64,000 bases of DNA from Octopus vulgaris (taxonomy: Eukaryota), in assembly GCA_951406725.2 (NCBI GenBank), contig OX597821.1, positions 76,756,001-76,820,000 on the forward strand. Direction: 5' to 3'. Both the position numbers and the translations under genes were made by a program. Below, in pieces: positions 26,424 to 39,973 of the stretch (within the stretch, counting starts at the first letter, position 1; every line of letters begins with the position of its first letter). Under the pieces are notes generated by a model, which was not told the DNA's origin, did not search any database, and was given only the letters and a program-made list of their open reading frames with translations.

Positions 26424-26812
26424 AGAGAGAGACAGACAGACAGAGACAGAGAGAGAGAGAAACACATTGAGGCGGAGAGAGGTGGGGAGGGAAAATAGAC
26501 CGATAGACAAAGACAGAAATACAGATAGAGAAAGGAAAAGAATAGGACAGAAAGAAAAACAGGGATTTGTTTAGTTGCCAAGAAGGGGACTAAGAAAAAG
26601 AAAAGGGACCTTTAAAATACACTGTAGAGTATTGCAGGTTATATGATATTCCATAGAGATTATATGTGTTCAATACGACGCAGATCAAAGTATTGATTTC
26701 CACGGAGTTGAAAGGAAAAAAATTCACCATTCTTAATCATAATGCCATGCCTGTGTATACAGACAGACAGGCAAACAGATAGATAAATAGATAGATATAG
26801 ATAAGTAGATAT

Positions 26813-26861
<49 letters not shown>

Positions 26862-26902
26862 GAGATAGATAGATAGATAGACATACAGACAGACAGACAG
26901 AC

Positions 26903-26962
<60 letters not shown>

Positions 26963-26964
<2 letters not shown>

Positions 26965-27432
26965 GTTTCTTTATTGGCCACACAGGGCTGCACACAGATG
27001 GGACAAGTTACAAGGTAGAGCTTTTCTTTTGGGGGAGAAAAAAAAAGGTGGCGTAGGTTTTCGATCAAAAGGGATCGTAAAATGGAAAAAAGAACAAAAA
27101 AAAAAGAAAAAAAGAAAAAAGAGAAAAGGAACAAAAGAAAAGAAAAATGAAAAAATAAGAAAAAAGAGGAAAAAAACGATCAATAGGGATCGTGTATCAC
27201 AGTGTCATGATGTATGGTGTAAAGGGGAAAGCAAGTAAGGTTTATCCGTGGGAAGAAAAGCCTACGAAAAAGACCACGATAACCTAGGTCAATATTGTTA
27301 TATGTTACCACATTTGTTTACAAGTAGGTAACCCTCTGTTTTCAATTTCTGGGTTCATAGGATTATGCTCATTCATACGTGTCATCCTTGCTATATTCAC
27401 CCATCTTTTTTTAAAACGTTCGCTAGACAAAA
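26963..27432 (-). mobile_element. 3' end of an L1/Tx1-like LINE inserted in an (ATCT)n microsatellite
   Basis: Minus frame VLSSERFKKRWVNIARMTRMNE (F..RW end motif), T-rich 3' UTR, AATAAA, then directly (ATCT)n. Confidence 0.5.
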
Positions 27433-27581
<149 letters not shown>

Positions 27582-27862
27582 GAGCTGTTTTACAGAAGAT
27601 AAGTACATTCCGAATGCAGAATAGCTGTAAAAAAAAAAAGGCTTAGAAGATGGGGTAAATACCCTTAGAAAATGGAAAAGAAGTGGCCAGCAAATCCACT
27701 ACATAGTATTGAACCCTGTACCTCTTCCATCATCTAAAGGTATGTACCCGATCTTATAAGCTGTTTTCACAGCTATTCGGCGTCCAAGCTTTACTTCAGT
27801 TTCTGTAAAACACCAAATCACTCTGCGATTCTAAGTGGGTTTATTTTTAAAATGCTTTTACA

Positions 27863-27910
<48 letters not shown>

Positions 27911-28714
27911 CACACACGCTAACACACACACACATTGTTGTTCTGTAGCGTCGCCTTCACAATATAACTGTTTGTTTCAACACAAGGTCTCAGAGTATGT
28001 CATTTGCCCAACATATATAGCTCCAGTGTGTGCGTACGTGTGTGTGTGTGAGTGTGTGTGTGTGTGTCTGTGTGTGTGTGTGTGTGTGAGAAGAATGTAT
28101 TGCTATTTACGTAGCAGCTAAGGCAGACGGAAATGTCATCAGGGACGGAAAGTTGCGTAAAATTAAATTATTGAAATGCATAAATACATTTGATATATTG
28201 GCGAACAGAACGTCATGTTAATTTGTCGTACGAGCACAATGTTTCCAATTGTTATTTTTAGTACCAGGCGAGCGTTGATGACCCAGCAAAACCACGATCA
28301 AAACATTCCAGCCGCCAGCTTCCAGCTTCCAGCTTTTTTCTGTTCAGCCGTAGGTGCGGCTGTATGGTTAAGAACCTTGCTTCCTTACCATGTGGTTTGG
28401 GGCTCAATCCCACTGCGTGGTACCTTGTGCAAATGTTTTCTATTACTGCCTCCCGCACCGGCGGGAAACTTGTGAGCGGATTTTGTGATCGGAAACTAAA
28501 AACATATATATATATATGATTGTAAATGGAATGAACGACATTATTTCAATTGTTTGGACGTATTTGAACACTCGTAGGACATTGGGAAGACGTTGCTTAA
28601 TCATTATCATCAATCCAGGGATGAAATGTGCCACGTCACGTGATCTTTGTTAGATCCTACTTTCAATTTTTCTCAGCGTTGACTTTCAATGTCGTTCATT
28701 CCATCTTCTATATC

Positions 28715-28798
<84 letters not shown>

Positions 28799-28981
28799 AT
28801 ATATATATATATATATATAGATAAGAAAGTTGGTTTGTGAAAGCACGTGGTTGAATATATAGAAAATAGTAAAAAGTGAAAAAACTACAGAAGGCTTGTT
28901 TTAAAAGGTTAAAGAATATATATTTAAGTCAATATGTCTGAAGAATATTATAAATTTTTTTTTGACAATGACATAGTTTAG

Positions 28982-29020
28982 AAGAAAGACCGGTTTCGCG
29001 TTTAGCTTTTCAAATTTCTT
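28982..29020 (-). ncRNA. Degenerate minimal hammerhead, U3-A8 variant
   Basis: AAGAAA-U-UUGAAAA-GC uaaac GC-GAAA-CCGG-UC-UUUCUU. 6-bp stem I with one extra U, only 2-bp stem II, palindromic ACCGGU, triplet GUC. Confidence 0.4.
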
Positions 29021-29199
29021 ACGTCGTTATGTTTATGTTGAGAAGAGTTATCGTTATGTATATGTATACACACACAGACACATATATACGACAAGAAATA
29101 CTTTCTGCCTCTTTTTATGGAAACAAAAGGGTATATAAGTTTATAAGACCGCAGAAAAGAAGTGCTGAAACATAATTGAGACAAAGATAAAAAAAAAAC

Positions 29200-29487
29200 A
29201 TTGATCAGAGAATAAGCATCAAATTCGAGTCAACTACTTTATATATAGCACCACACCTCCAAACATGCTTTAGAATTTTTAGTCGATTGTATATACCTTC
29301 ATGATAGGCCGTTCTATATATCTGTATATTTTATTCGCACATTTTTTATCTCCTGTGTTTTTTTATATATATGTATACTTTATATGTTGAAGAGCCATGG
29401 ATACATTTATATATGATGAAATGTTTGGAGGTATGCTGTTATATATAAAGTCATTGACTCAAATTTGATGTTTGTTCTCTGATCAAT
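29200..29487. mobile_element. MITE with ~65-bp TIRs
   Basis: attgatcagagaataagcatcaaattcgagtcaa...cctccaaacat is mirrored at 29420-29487. Confidence 0.75.
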
Positions 29488-29504
29488 ATTTATACATATA
29501 TATA

Positions 29505-29697
29505 TGATTGATCGCTAACCACTAAACCTTTTCTTTATTTTCGCTCCCTGTTTATTTCTGTGTTCCTTTCTGTTGAAGAGCGTAGGCTCGAAACGTAAAA
29601 GACTTTCTCACTTCCCGAGCGTTAAACTAATACACCTGTTGGTTGTTTACACCACCTGTCTTCGGCTTTTGTTTTGTTTTTGTAAATTCCAACTATA
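29505..29697 (+). repeat. Penelope-type short repeat family H2 with hammerhead motif at 29566-29601
   Basis: CUUU-CUGUUGA-A-GAGC guag GCUC-GAAA-CG-UA-AAAG. Homologous to 31300-31495. Confidence 0.6.
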
Positions 29698-30598
29698 TAT
29701 ATATATATATATATATATGAATTCTACGAATATTATGGAATTCCTGATGTTTATCTAGTAGCAAGAGCATTTCCACTGTATGATGGTATCAGGTGGCCAT
29801 TGACTGTGAATGAACTTAGCACTGTATACTATAAGGCTTTTTCCCGATTCTTATTTAACTATATGTTTGTGTAGTGGTTTGTTTTGACATTATGTAATGA
29901 TTGTAAACAAGCATCACTGTCATACAAGCGATGTTGTTTATTTCCAGTTTTCCATGAAAACCATGTCTGGCCATGGGGAAATATCGCCTTGCTTGGAAAC
30001 AGGTGAGGGTTGTAGAAAAGCTGCCTCGTCATATTCCGTATGACCCATGCAAACTTGGAAAAGTGGACTTTAAAATGATGATGATGATGATGATGATGAA
30101 ATCAAGCATTGAAATCCAAGGCATAATACTACAAATTAACGGTTAGAACAGAGGAGCACTTGTAGAGCACTCTTAAGGGGATCGCTGTCATACTTGACAC
30201 TCATACTCGAAATCATCACACGCGCGCACGCGCACAACAACAACAGCAGCAGCCGTTCAATAATTTGGACCTGAAGATCTCCATTTCCAGCGACTTTGAG
30301 GGCCTTCTCCTAGTGGTGTCGGGCGTCAATGAAGAGCCCTCGACTACAACAAGACGACTAAAGTTTTTTTTCCCAAGGTCTGGGGTCTCCCGCCCCTAAA
30401 CCCTAGACCATCACCTAATCACCCTTACCCGTCTTGTTGCTTAACAACAACAACAACAACAGCAACAGCAGCAACAACAACAACAACAACAACAACAACT
30501 CCTTGCTGCTGGATCAATCGTAAATTGATAAGTTCTGTTCAAATTAGTAGATTTATTTAATTGATTGTAATCAAACGAAAGACAACTCTTTAACATAC

Positions 30599-31150
30599 CT
30601 GCTAATCCAGTTTCGATACTGGAATGTGAAGGATAATCTGTGAATCGTCTGGCTGTCGTTGGTAAATCTGCGGCAGATTTCCCACTAATATCACAGGCTT
30701 GACTATGCATGGAACTGTAGCTTCCTGACGATCGCATCGCTGCTGCTGTTGGAGGTTGTGATGAAGGTACTGGATGGTGGGGCATCAATAAAGAACCGTA
30801 TTGTCCATGACTACTGGCGAAACGACTAGAAGCAGCTGCGGCGGCCATTGACGAGTATGAGAGGTCGTAGTGAACGTGGGCAGTTGTCGGGGTAGGTCTG
30901 TATGTACTTTGTGCGTGCGGAGATAACGAATAGTGCCAAGGGTCGGCGGCAGCAACGGCAGCGGCTGTTGCTGCTTGGTGAAGGCTTGAAATACCGTGTA
31001 GAGTTGCTGAGGAGAAATATGGAGAGGCTGGGTTAAATGAAAGTGCGTTCGATTCCAAGTAAGCTGCTGCAGAGTCTAAATTGTTGTTTTGATGATAAGA
31101 TGGATTCCAAAATGAAGGAGGAAAATTTCGTTGTGACATTGAAAGGGAAT
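30599..31150 (-). CDS. vg: Internal coding exon of a vestigial / vestigial-like (VGLL) transcription cofactor
   Basis: Minus strand reads acceptor ttccattctttcag|AT TCC CTT TCA ATG, then (D)SLSMSQRNFPPSFWNPSY...DPWHY...YGSLLM...SSIETGLA. The MSQRNFPPSFWN, DPW and YGSLL blocks are motifs I recognise from Vestigial/VGLL proteins downstream of the TONDU domain. Donor GCAG|gtatgt at 30599/30598. The exon is 552 nt, phase 1 at both ends, with no in-frame stop. Confidence 0.88.
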
Positions 31151-31299
31151 CTGAAAGAATGGAAAAAAATAGATTTAGTTCATGTCAAATTTAGTTTTGC
31201 GAAATACATGGATTCACAAAAGCCACATTCTTCATACTAATGTCTCTTTATGTCCTCCAAACCTGCGTTTAACAATATATATACACACATATATATTCA

Positions 31300-31495
31300 T
31301 TCGCCACGCTGGACCGCTGAAATCTACAGGTTTTTATTCTCTCTCTGCTTATTTTCTCTTATTTCTTTCTGTTGAAGAGCTTAGGCTCGAAACGTAAAAG
31401 ATCTTTTCATTTTTCCCGAGCGTCAAACTAATACACTTGCTTGTTGTTCATACACCTGTGTTCGTCTTTCGTTTTTCGATAAATTTCAACCATAT
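31300..31495 (+). repeat. Second H2 copy with hammerhead motif at 31365-31400
   Basis: CUUU-CUGUUGA-A-GAGC uuag GCUC-GAAA-CG-UA-AAAG, with the shared downstream ttcccgagcgt.aaactaatacac sequence. Confidence 0.6.
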
Positions 31496-31513
31496 ATATG
31501 TATATACATACAT

Positions 31514-31549
<36 letters not shown>

Positions 31550-31550
31550 C

Positions 31551-31595
<45 letters not shown>

Positions 31596-31619
31596 TATAT
31601 GTATGTACATATATATATG

Positions 31620-31662
<43 letters not shown>

Positions 31663-32220
31663 ATATATTGGCTTCAAATTTTGACACGTGGTTAGCAACA
31701 TCGGGAGATGTGGGTAACTCGATTACATCGACACCAGTACTCAACTGGTACTTATTTCATCAACTCCGAAAGGATGAGAGGCAAAGACGACCTTAGAGGT
31801 ATTTAAACTCTAAACGTAAAGATGGACGAAATACCGCTACAAATTTTGCCCGGCGTGCTAACAGTTCTGCCAGCGCACCACCCCATACTCACATGTATAC
31901 TACTTCAGGAAACCGCAGTTGAAATAGCGAGTCAGAAACTAGAACCAATCACGTGCCTATGCAAGAAATACATTCTATCGTCATTCTAGAAACAACTTTC
32001 CGTCAAAAGACTTCCTGTTACTACTATGTATGCTTAATTTACTCTTTTACTTGTTTCAGTCATTTGACTGCAGCCATGCTGGAGCACCGCCTTTAGTCGA
32101 ACATGTTGACCCCAGGACTTATTCTTTGTAAGCCTAGTTTGATTTTTATGATTTTTATTCTGGACTAACTGCATTTCGCCAAAAGAACAAAATTGAGAGA
32201 TATATACAGAGCAATCTACC

Positions 32221-32949
32221 CAGGGCTGGATTAAGACCCACAGAGGCGCTAAGCACTTATAAAAGTTTGATGACCCCATATATATGTAATTAAAAATGTA
32301 AACGATAGTAAATCATAAAATATATTTTTATATTTCAAAATGCAAACTGAAACAAAATTAAAAATAAGATGGAAAATAATGTCTATTTTTCTGTATATTT
32401 CCAATTTTTACGTTTGAAAAGTTTTGTCCCACTTTTTTTAATTGCAAAGCCTTTCATCAGATCCTCAGAATTAAGCTTACGTAACACGTCTGCTTTGATA
32501 AGTCATCCTGAATATTATCTTGTGGAGGCGCAATGGCCCAGTGGTTAGGGCAGCGGACTCGTGTTCGGAGGATCGCGGTTTCGATTCCCAGACCGGGCGT
32601 TGTGTGTGTTTATTGAGCGAAAGCACCTAAAGCTCCACGAGGCTCCGGCAGGGGGTGGTGGCGATCCCTGTTGTACTCTTTCACCACAACTTTCTCTCAC
32701 TCTCTCTCTTCCTGCTTCTTGAGTAACGCTGCGATGGACTGGTGTCCCGTCCAGCTGGGTGGAACACATACGTCACAGAAACCGGGAAATCGGGCCCATG
32801 AGCCTGGCTAGGTTTGAAAAGGGCGAGAAGAAGTATATTATCTTAGCAAGTTTAAAGTGATTTCTTTTGTGCCGTAAATCATTAACCATTTCTGTAGTGC
32901 CCACATCCCCGCCATTTCTTGATGCCCAAAGCATCTTAATCCAGCGCTG
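32221..32949 (-). mobile_element. Internally deleted hAT transposon
   Basis: TIRs cagggctggattaaga / tcttaatccagcgctg. Flanks aatctacc / aagctact match at 6 of 8 positions. Minus frame IKADVLRKLNSEDLMKGFAIKK resembles a hAT C-terminus. Confidence 0.7.
32522..32834 (+). mobile_element. Family C SINE variant (different 3' half) inserted in the hAT element
   Basis: tRNA-like head; TSD atattatctt at 32512-32521 and 32835-32844. Confidence 0.85.
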
Positions 32950-33103
32950 AAGCTACTACAGAACTCGAACATGTAGGCAAATATTTTTACTTAGATCAGA
33001 ACATGGAGGAAATATTGCAAGCAAATCGTTGACTCATTGCCTTTCATGTAACACTGGAAAAGATAAATGCAGAATTCTCTCTCTCTTTCTCCCCCTCTCT
33101 CTG

Positions 33104-33142
<39 letters not shown>

Positions 33143-33145
33143 ATG

Positions 33146-33192
<47 letters not shown>

Positions 33193-33809
33193 CTCATCCT
33201 CGACGAGATCCAGCGCAATTTCTGGTGAACCAAATCCCGCTCACAAGGTATGTAGTTGTCCTGAGACCAGAGTAGAAGGAAAATTGCCCACGGTGCCGCA
33301 CGGTGGAGTCGAACGCGGTGACGCATAGTTGATGCGAACCTCTATGCCTACCCGTCTCTGATTTATCCTCTCTCCCTCTGCCCACTCCTCGTTCTCTGTT
33401 TCACCTGCAATATGGTCGGTTGCTTACCTTCCTCCTCTTGTGAAGTCTATATTTATGACATAATCTCTGCAAGCAATGAACTCCGAACGATAAGGAAGAC
33501 AAAACATCGCACTTGAAACTAATTATGCAATTCGAAAGAGTAAACAACTTGCGGAGATATTTTTACAACGTTTTGCGTGGAATTATTACAAGAGGGGGAG
33601 AGGGAAAAGGAGAGGAAGGAGTAAGAAAGTGCGGGAGGGGCAGAGTGGATAAAGGGGGGAGATGAAGAGAGTGGCTGGAGAGAAAGAGAGAGGAGTACAG
33701 GGGGGATACATAGAGGACAATAGGGAGTGTGAGACAATTAAAGAGAGACTGAGATTGAGGAGTAGCAGAGAGAGAAAGAGTTACGGGGAGAGAGAGAGAG
33801 CGAAAAAGA

Positions 33810-33844
<35 letters not shown>

Positions 33845-33917
33845 CTTTCTCTCTCTCTCTCTATATATATATATATGTTTATATATATATAAACATATAA
33901 CATATATATACATATAC

Positions 33918-33965
<48 letters not shown>

Positions 33966-33978
33966 GTGTGTAATTAAA

Positions 33979-34018
<40 letters not shown>

Positions 34019-34029
34019 GAGAGAGAGAG

Positions 34030-34070
<41 letters not shown>

Positions 34071-34345
34071 TTGCAGTATGAGGAAGGTAGAGAAAACGAT
34101 TTCTAACGCTTGTTCTATTTTGAAGCAGAAACTCAAATTTCGTTTCTTGTTAAAAATGTACCTTTGCTAATATCTTCAAAGAACGTTTCAAAGCATCATA
34201 GAGAGCGAGTGAAAAACTAGCAGTGAGGCTGGTAGGACCATCAGAAACAGCTTTTCAGAAAGATCTTTAGCAGCTACATCCGGAAATCAACCGATGTTCT
34301 TGCCTCATGTATTGTCATCATCAACCGTATACCATCTCTCTCTCT

Positions 34346-34402
<57 letters not shown>

Positions 34403-35209
34403 TCTTTCCCGTATGGGTCAATTTTTTTCTATGCTGGCATGGGATGGACAAGAGTTATTGAGACAGCATTCTAGAATTGAATTGCATGCGTGTGTGTGTA
34501 TGTGTGTTGTATTTGCCCCTCATCACCGCTTGATAGCCAGTGTTGGTTTATATCCTTGATACATAGCGGTTCGGAAAAGGAGTCCCCCCAGAATAAGTAT
34601 GTGGCTTTAAAAAATAGATCCTGGAGTCGATTTGTTCGACTAAACCCTTCCAAGCAGTACTACAGCATGGCCACAATCCAATGGCAGAAACAAGCAAAAA
34701 ATACAGGATAGCAGGCAGTGGATAATTTGTCCTTTTCTGGTGCTCACTTCTAAATTACGTCTCATTACAATTCTGCTCAGTTAGGTTTGACCTGGACATC
34801 TAAACGACGACGACAACAACAACAACATCATTTAAAATGATTAAATCAAACATTAAAACGAAATATTTGATCCCATCCAGGAATATAAATTTCTTCAGCT
34901 TGGTCAGTTGCACAATGATAAAGATCTCTACGTTCTTGTATGACGGACATGGTAGGGCGGGAAGTAAGACTATCAAATGACTTCAACAAGAGTATTCTAA
35001 CCAGTATTTGGCACCAGTGAGACGGCTAGCGAGGACATCTCCCAGCCAGATCGGTTGACGGAGCAGGGTGAGGAAGATTTCGTCCGTTTTTTTTTTATAA
35101 CTTGCCTGAGTTGTAATCGGTTAGACATGACTTTGATCAACAACATTCCATTATCAAAATTGAAATCAAAAGGATGAAAGAAAAAAAGGAAGTAAGCTAA
35201 CGGACTAAA

Positions 35210-35434
35210 TATCTTTTGCATTTAAACCGGCCATATCAGGCCTAGGTATTCTACAGATTTTATGTTCAAGCTGGCCAGATCTGGCTTCTAACACACACCT
35301 TACAATGCCATTTTAAGAATAATCACGTATTCAAAATCTCAAAGCTGCGAGATAATGCATGAGTCATTTAAAGCAAAATGAATGAGTAAATAAACTTTGC
35401 ATTCAACAGAGTAATCTGAATGCTAAAAGGTTAA
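35210..35434. repeat. Dispersed MITE-like repeat ending ...gaatgctaaaaggTTAA (related copy at ~35870-36052)
   Basis: The two segments share ctggc.agatctggc...tacaatg...aatcac...caaaatctcaaa...aatctg.atgct. Confidence 0.45.
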
Positions 35435-35451
35435 TGTTAATGAAATATGAA

Positions 35452-35829
35452 GCACTCCGTCGGTTACGACGACGAGGGTTCCGGTTGATCCGATCAACGG
35501 AACAGCCTGCTCGTGAAATTAACGTGTAAGTGGCTGAGCACTCCACAGACACGTGTACCCTTAACGCAGTTCTCGGGGATATTCAGCGTGACACAGAGAG
35601 TGACAAGGCCGGCCCTTTGAAATACAGGTACAACAGAAACAGGAAGAAAGAGTGAGAGAAAGTTGTGGTGAAAGAGTACAGCAGGGATCACCACCATCCC
35701 TGCCGGAGCCTCGTGGAGCTTTAGGTGCTTTCGCTCAATAAACACTCACAACGCCCGGTCTGGGAATCGAAACCGCGATCCTATGACCGCGAGTCCGCTG
35801 CCCTAACCACTGGGCCATTGCGCCTCCAC
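35452..35829 (-). mobile_element. Full-length family C SINE
   Basis: Intact tRNA-like head; 11-bp TSD taatgaaatat at 35438-35448 and 35832-35842. Confidence 0.9.
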
Positions 35830-36073
35830 ACTAATGAAATATACATCAATAATATATACATATATTAGATATTCTACCGGCTTTATGCTGGCTAGATCTG
35901 GCCTCTTATACCTATCCTACAATGTTATTCTAAAACTAAACAATCACATCGTCAAAATCTCAAAACGATGAGAAAATACATAATCTAATTTTTTCTTAAT
36001 ATGTGAATAAATAAGCATTGTATTTGACAGAATAATCTGGATGCTCAGGGATTGAAGATTTCAAATTTGACAT

Positions 36074-36545
36074 AGGCGTAGGAGTGGTTGTGTGGTAAGA
36101 AGCTTGCCTCCTAACCACGTAGTTCCAGGTTCAGTCCCACTGCGTGGCACTTTGGGCCAGTGTCTTCTACTGTAGCCTCCGACTGATCAAAGCATTGTGA
36201 ATGGATTTGGTAGACGAAAACTGAAAGAAGCCCGTCGTATATATATATGTGTATGTATGTATGTATGTATGTATGTATGTATGTATGTATGTATGTATGT
36301 ATGTATGTATATGTATGTATGTATGTATGTATGTGTTTGTGTATCTGTGTTTGTCCCCCAACATCGCTTGACAACCGATGCCGGTGTGTTTACATCCCCG
36401 TCACTTATCGGTTCGGCAAGAGAGACCGATAGAATAAGTACTAAGCTTACAAAAAATAAGTCCTAGGGTCGGCTTGCTCGACTAAAGGTGGTGCTACAGT
36501 ATGGCCGCAGTCAAATGACTGAAACAAATAAAAGAATAAAAGAAT
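36074..36545 (+). mobile_element. Full-length family A SINE
   Basis: Head ggcgtaggagtggttgtgtggtaag, B-box ggttcagtcc, internal (GTAT)n, A-rich tail. Confidence 0.9.
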
Positions 36546-38803
36546 CTGAAGAGATTCTTGTATAGAACTTAATGCATTCGTTCTTTCGTATTTTTACTGG
36601 CTTCAGGTATTGGAGTGCGGCCATGCCGGAGCACTGCCTATAAGGGTTTTAGTAAATTGTAGTGATCCCTTGTACTTGAGTACTCAACGAACTTCTGTTT
36701 ATTAAATGACTACGTTCACCAGAGTTACGTCCTTCTAAAAAGTGAGCTGTCATTTACGCACTTCAATATACACCCATATGCACACGCACACACACATACA
36801 TAGTGTGTAAGAGAGAGAGGGGGAGAGAGAGGGGAGAGAGAAAGAGTGAAATAGAGAGGGAGAAAGAGTGGGATGGAAAGAGAGAGGAGAGAGAGATAGA
36901 AATGAACGGGAGTGAGTTCAAAAAGGAATTAAGGGAACTAATTCATAATGGTCGGTGGCATGAATTTGGACAATAAAACCGAATTAAGTTATACTAAATA
37001 CCATACAATTAATTTATTGAAATTATCTTCGCTTCGAGAGAAGATAAACAAAAGTCCCTCGAAGCAATTGCAACGGACTCAGAATAGGAAGATGAGAATC
37101 TCAAGAACCAAGTATTCTCAGGAACTGACATGCCACAAACACGTCTCTGTAGTTGTCCCCTTATTTCTTCAGGGAGCAAGAGGGCAATTATAAATACGTG
37201 TTTCTGCCTAAGTGGGTGCCGTTAGCACATCATTCGTCTTACTTTGATTCCAGCCAGACAAAAGCAGTAGAGAACATTATGGCCTAGGTTAATTAGACTC
37301 TATAGAAATTAGTCATATTTTTTTTACTTTTCTTTGCAATTCGAAATCCTCCTTGCAATTCACTTTTTGGTAAAAATGTTAAAACGATCCCCTACATGAT
37401 CTCTCGACCTGCGAGAAAATGTAATGAAATCTTCCTCTCGTCATAATCTACTTTCTCACAAAAGGACATTGAGTCAGACATTGTATTGGCAGTGAGCAGA
37501 ACCTTGATTGAGGATGTGCCGTTAGTTGGGATAATTTCATTATGTAAATCTTCGCCTTCTTTAGTAATTAATATAAAAATTTAACACGAGAAACATTAAT
37601 CTACGCAAATTTCTGAAAAGAGGTAATACTGAATGGGATAATGTAACACAATATGAATAAACCACTACACAAAATTAATTTCTCTTTGATTAAAATAATC
37701 TGCAAAAAATCGGCATTTTTATCAACATGTGCAGTAAACGTTTGCAGAGTATCATACAGTAAAATGTGGCACAAAGCTAGAAAAGGTTGAAAGCCACAGG
37801 TTTAAGACTAACCAGACTTCTTCAATTGCTAGTGTTACCGTTTTAATCGAGTGCTGTTTATTTTTTATCTTCCTCAGGGGAATGAATGATGTCGAAGCTG
37901 CTTTTTTTTGCAGAGATTAAATCCATTACGAAGAAAACTGAAACGAAATATTCTTAAACTATTTAATTTGATCCGAAGTTCTATAGCTTCTGCCACCGTT
38001 ACTGACACGACGCAATATTTGGCAGAGCAACTGAAATTCGGACACAATGGCCTTTATTTCTTTGCTATGTTGTGTGCCTGATCCCATAGACTGTGGCCAT
38101 ACTGGAACGCCGCGTGTGGTATTTAATTACGTTGTTTGCGTTCGTACGTTCAAATCGTGCAAGTACAAACTTTGTCTTTTATTTATTTATTCATTTATTT
38201 ATTTATTTATTTTCGGGTATCAATAAAATAAAGTACTTGTCAAGTACTGAAATCAAGTAATCAACTTTACCTTCCAATCGTGAAACATTGATTGACTCTA
38301 TGTTAGAAATCAATTTCTACGGCATAATGGCCTTTCATTTATTGAGGGTGTTATACGGTGGATTAAACCAACACAAAGGTACAGATGAAGAAACGCCACG
38401 CCCTTATTTCTTTTCAGGATCTCGATGACTGATTATAGAAAAGGAGAACGTAAAAGGGCAGAGTCAATACTTACAACCAAATGGACCTTGGGCAAATGTT
38501 TTTTTTTTTTTTGCTATAGCCTCGGACCGACTAAAGCCTTATGAGTGGATCTGGTAAACGGAAACTAAAAAAAAGCCCTCGTATATAAATATGTCGGTGT
38601 AACGTAACTGGTACCGGTGCCGGTGACACGTGGAAAGCACCCACTCTTAGAGTGGTTGGCGTTAGGAAGGACACCCAGCCGTAGAAACCATGCCAAATCA
38701 GAATGGAACATAAATCATATATCGTATAGACGAAAGCGCTAAACATACTAATAAATATCTGTAAATACAAAACCATCCAGATTTCTGAGTACCTCATTTC
38801 TTC

Positions 38804-38899
<96 letters not shown>

Positions 38900-39924
38900 T
38901 TGTATGTCTGTGTTTGACAACCGATGTTGGTGTGTTTACGTCCCCGTGACTTTGCGGTTCGGCAAAAGAAATTGTGCCCAGAGTAGAAAATACTGCTTAG
39001 CATTTCGCCCGGCGTGCTAACGTTTCTGCCAGCTCGCCGCCTTCTTCGGCAAATGTTCTGAACGTGTTGAGATGTTAGGTAAATATTGAAGAGTTAATTC
39101 TAACAACATTTACCTCCTCTCTCTCAATGTTTTCATCGCTATTTCTTCCAAGGCAACGCCCTACCCGACATTAACAAACCGTTTTAATAGTCTAAAGCTG
39201 AACGTAGTAAGACCGCGTGTAATTTTCTTTCCTATTCATAATACAACCGATTACTTTAATAGAAACAGGAAGGAAGACAACTGCTCATAAAATGAATAAG
39301 ATTCAGCGTTGTTTTGCTTTTCTTTTTTCCCTCGATCAACCACCACCGATACCAGGGGGAAAAAGAGTTCATAATTTTCCTTCAGACTTAGCAATTAAAC
39401 GAAGATTTATGATTCTCATTCTGTAATTTTTCACCATTACTTCACGATGCCAAACAGAAACCGGTCCTTCTTTTACAATATAAATATCTTTACATTAATT
39501 TTACATTAACCTGTTAATTCTACAATTAATATATTTTAATATAGAAAAATTGGCACCATTCCAACATTGCTATCTCTGTCTGTCTGTCTGTCTTTCTCTC
39601 TCTTCCCCCTCGCTCTCTCTTTCTCTCTCCCCCCTCTCTCTCTCTCTTTCTCTCTGAGAATGTTTTTTTTCTACAATTTCTAACATCCTAACATTAAAAC
39701 TTGGCAATAACTATTTTCAGTTTGTAGTCTCATTTTTGCATGTGTGTATGCGTATACGCATGTGTATGTGTACGTGTGTTTGTGTGTATATATATGTGCG
39801 TGCGCTTGTGTGTGTTTGTTGTGCGTGTGTGTGTGTGTGTGTGAGCTTATTTTCATTTTCCTTACGTATAACTAACATAAAACTATTAACACTTGGCAGT
39901 AATTATTTTCTGTTTAGCGCTCCT

Positions 39925-39973
<49 letters not shown>

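Noticed and set aside
27247-27254. Su(H)/CSL site CGTGGGAA in the vg intron
   Set aside because: A single site inside a LINE 3' UTR, likely chance.
30441-30598. Poly-Cys C-terminus of the 232-aa ORF
   Set aside because: Read-through past a consensus donor (GCAG|gtatgt) into an intronic (TGT/TGC)n microsatellite. A phase-matched terminal exon exists at 20040-20089.
32522-32596. Apparent tRNA genes (also 35755-35829, 63017-63080)
   Set aside because: They continue into SINE bodies (with TSDs in two cases) and lack a proper acceptor stem, so they are SINE heads, not tRNAs.
39455-39470. GAAACCGGTC palindrome
   Set aside because: No upstream core or stem II.
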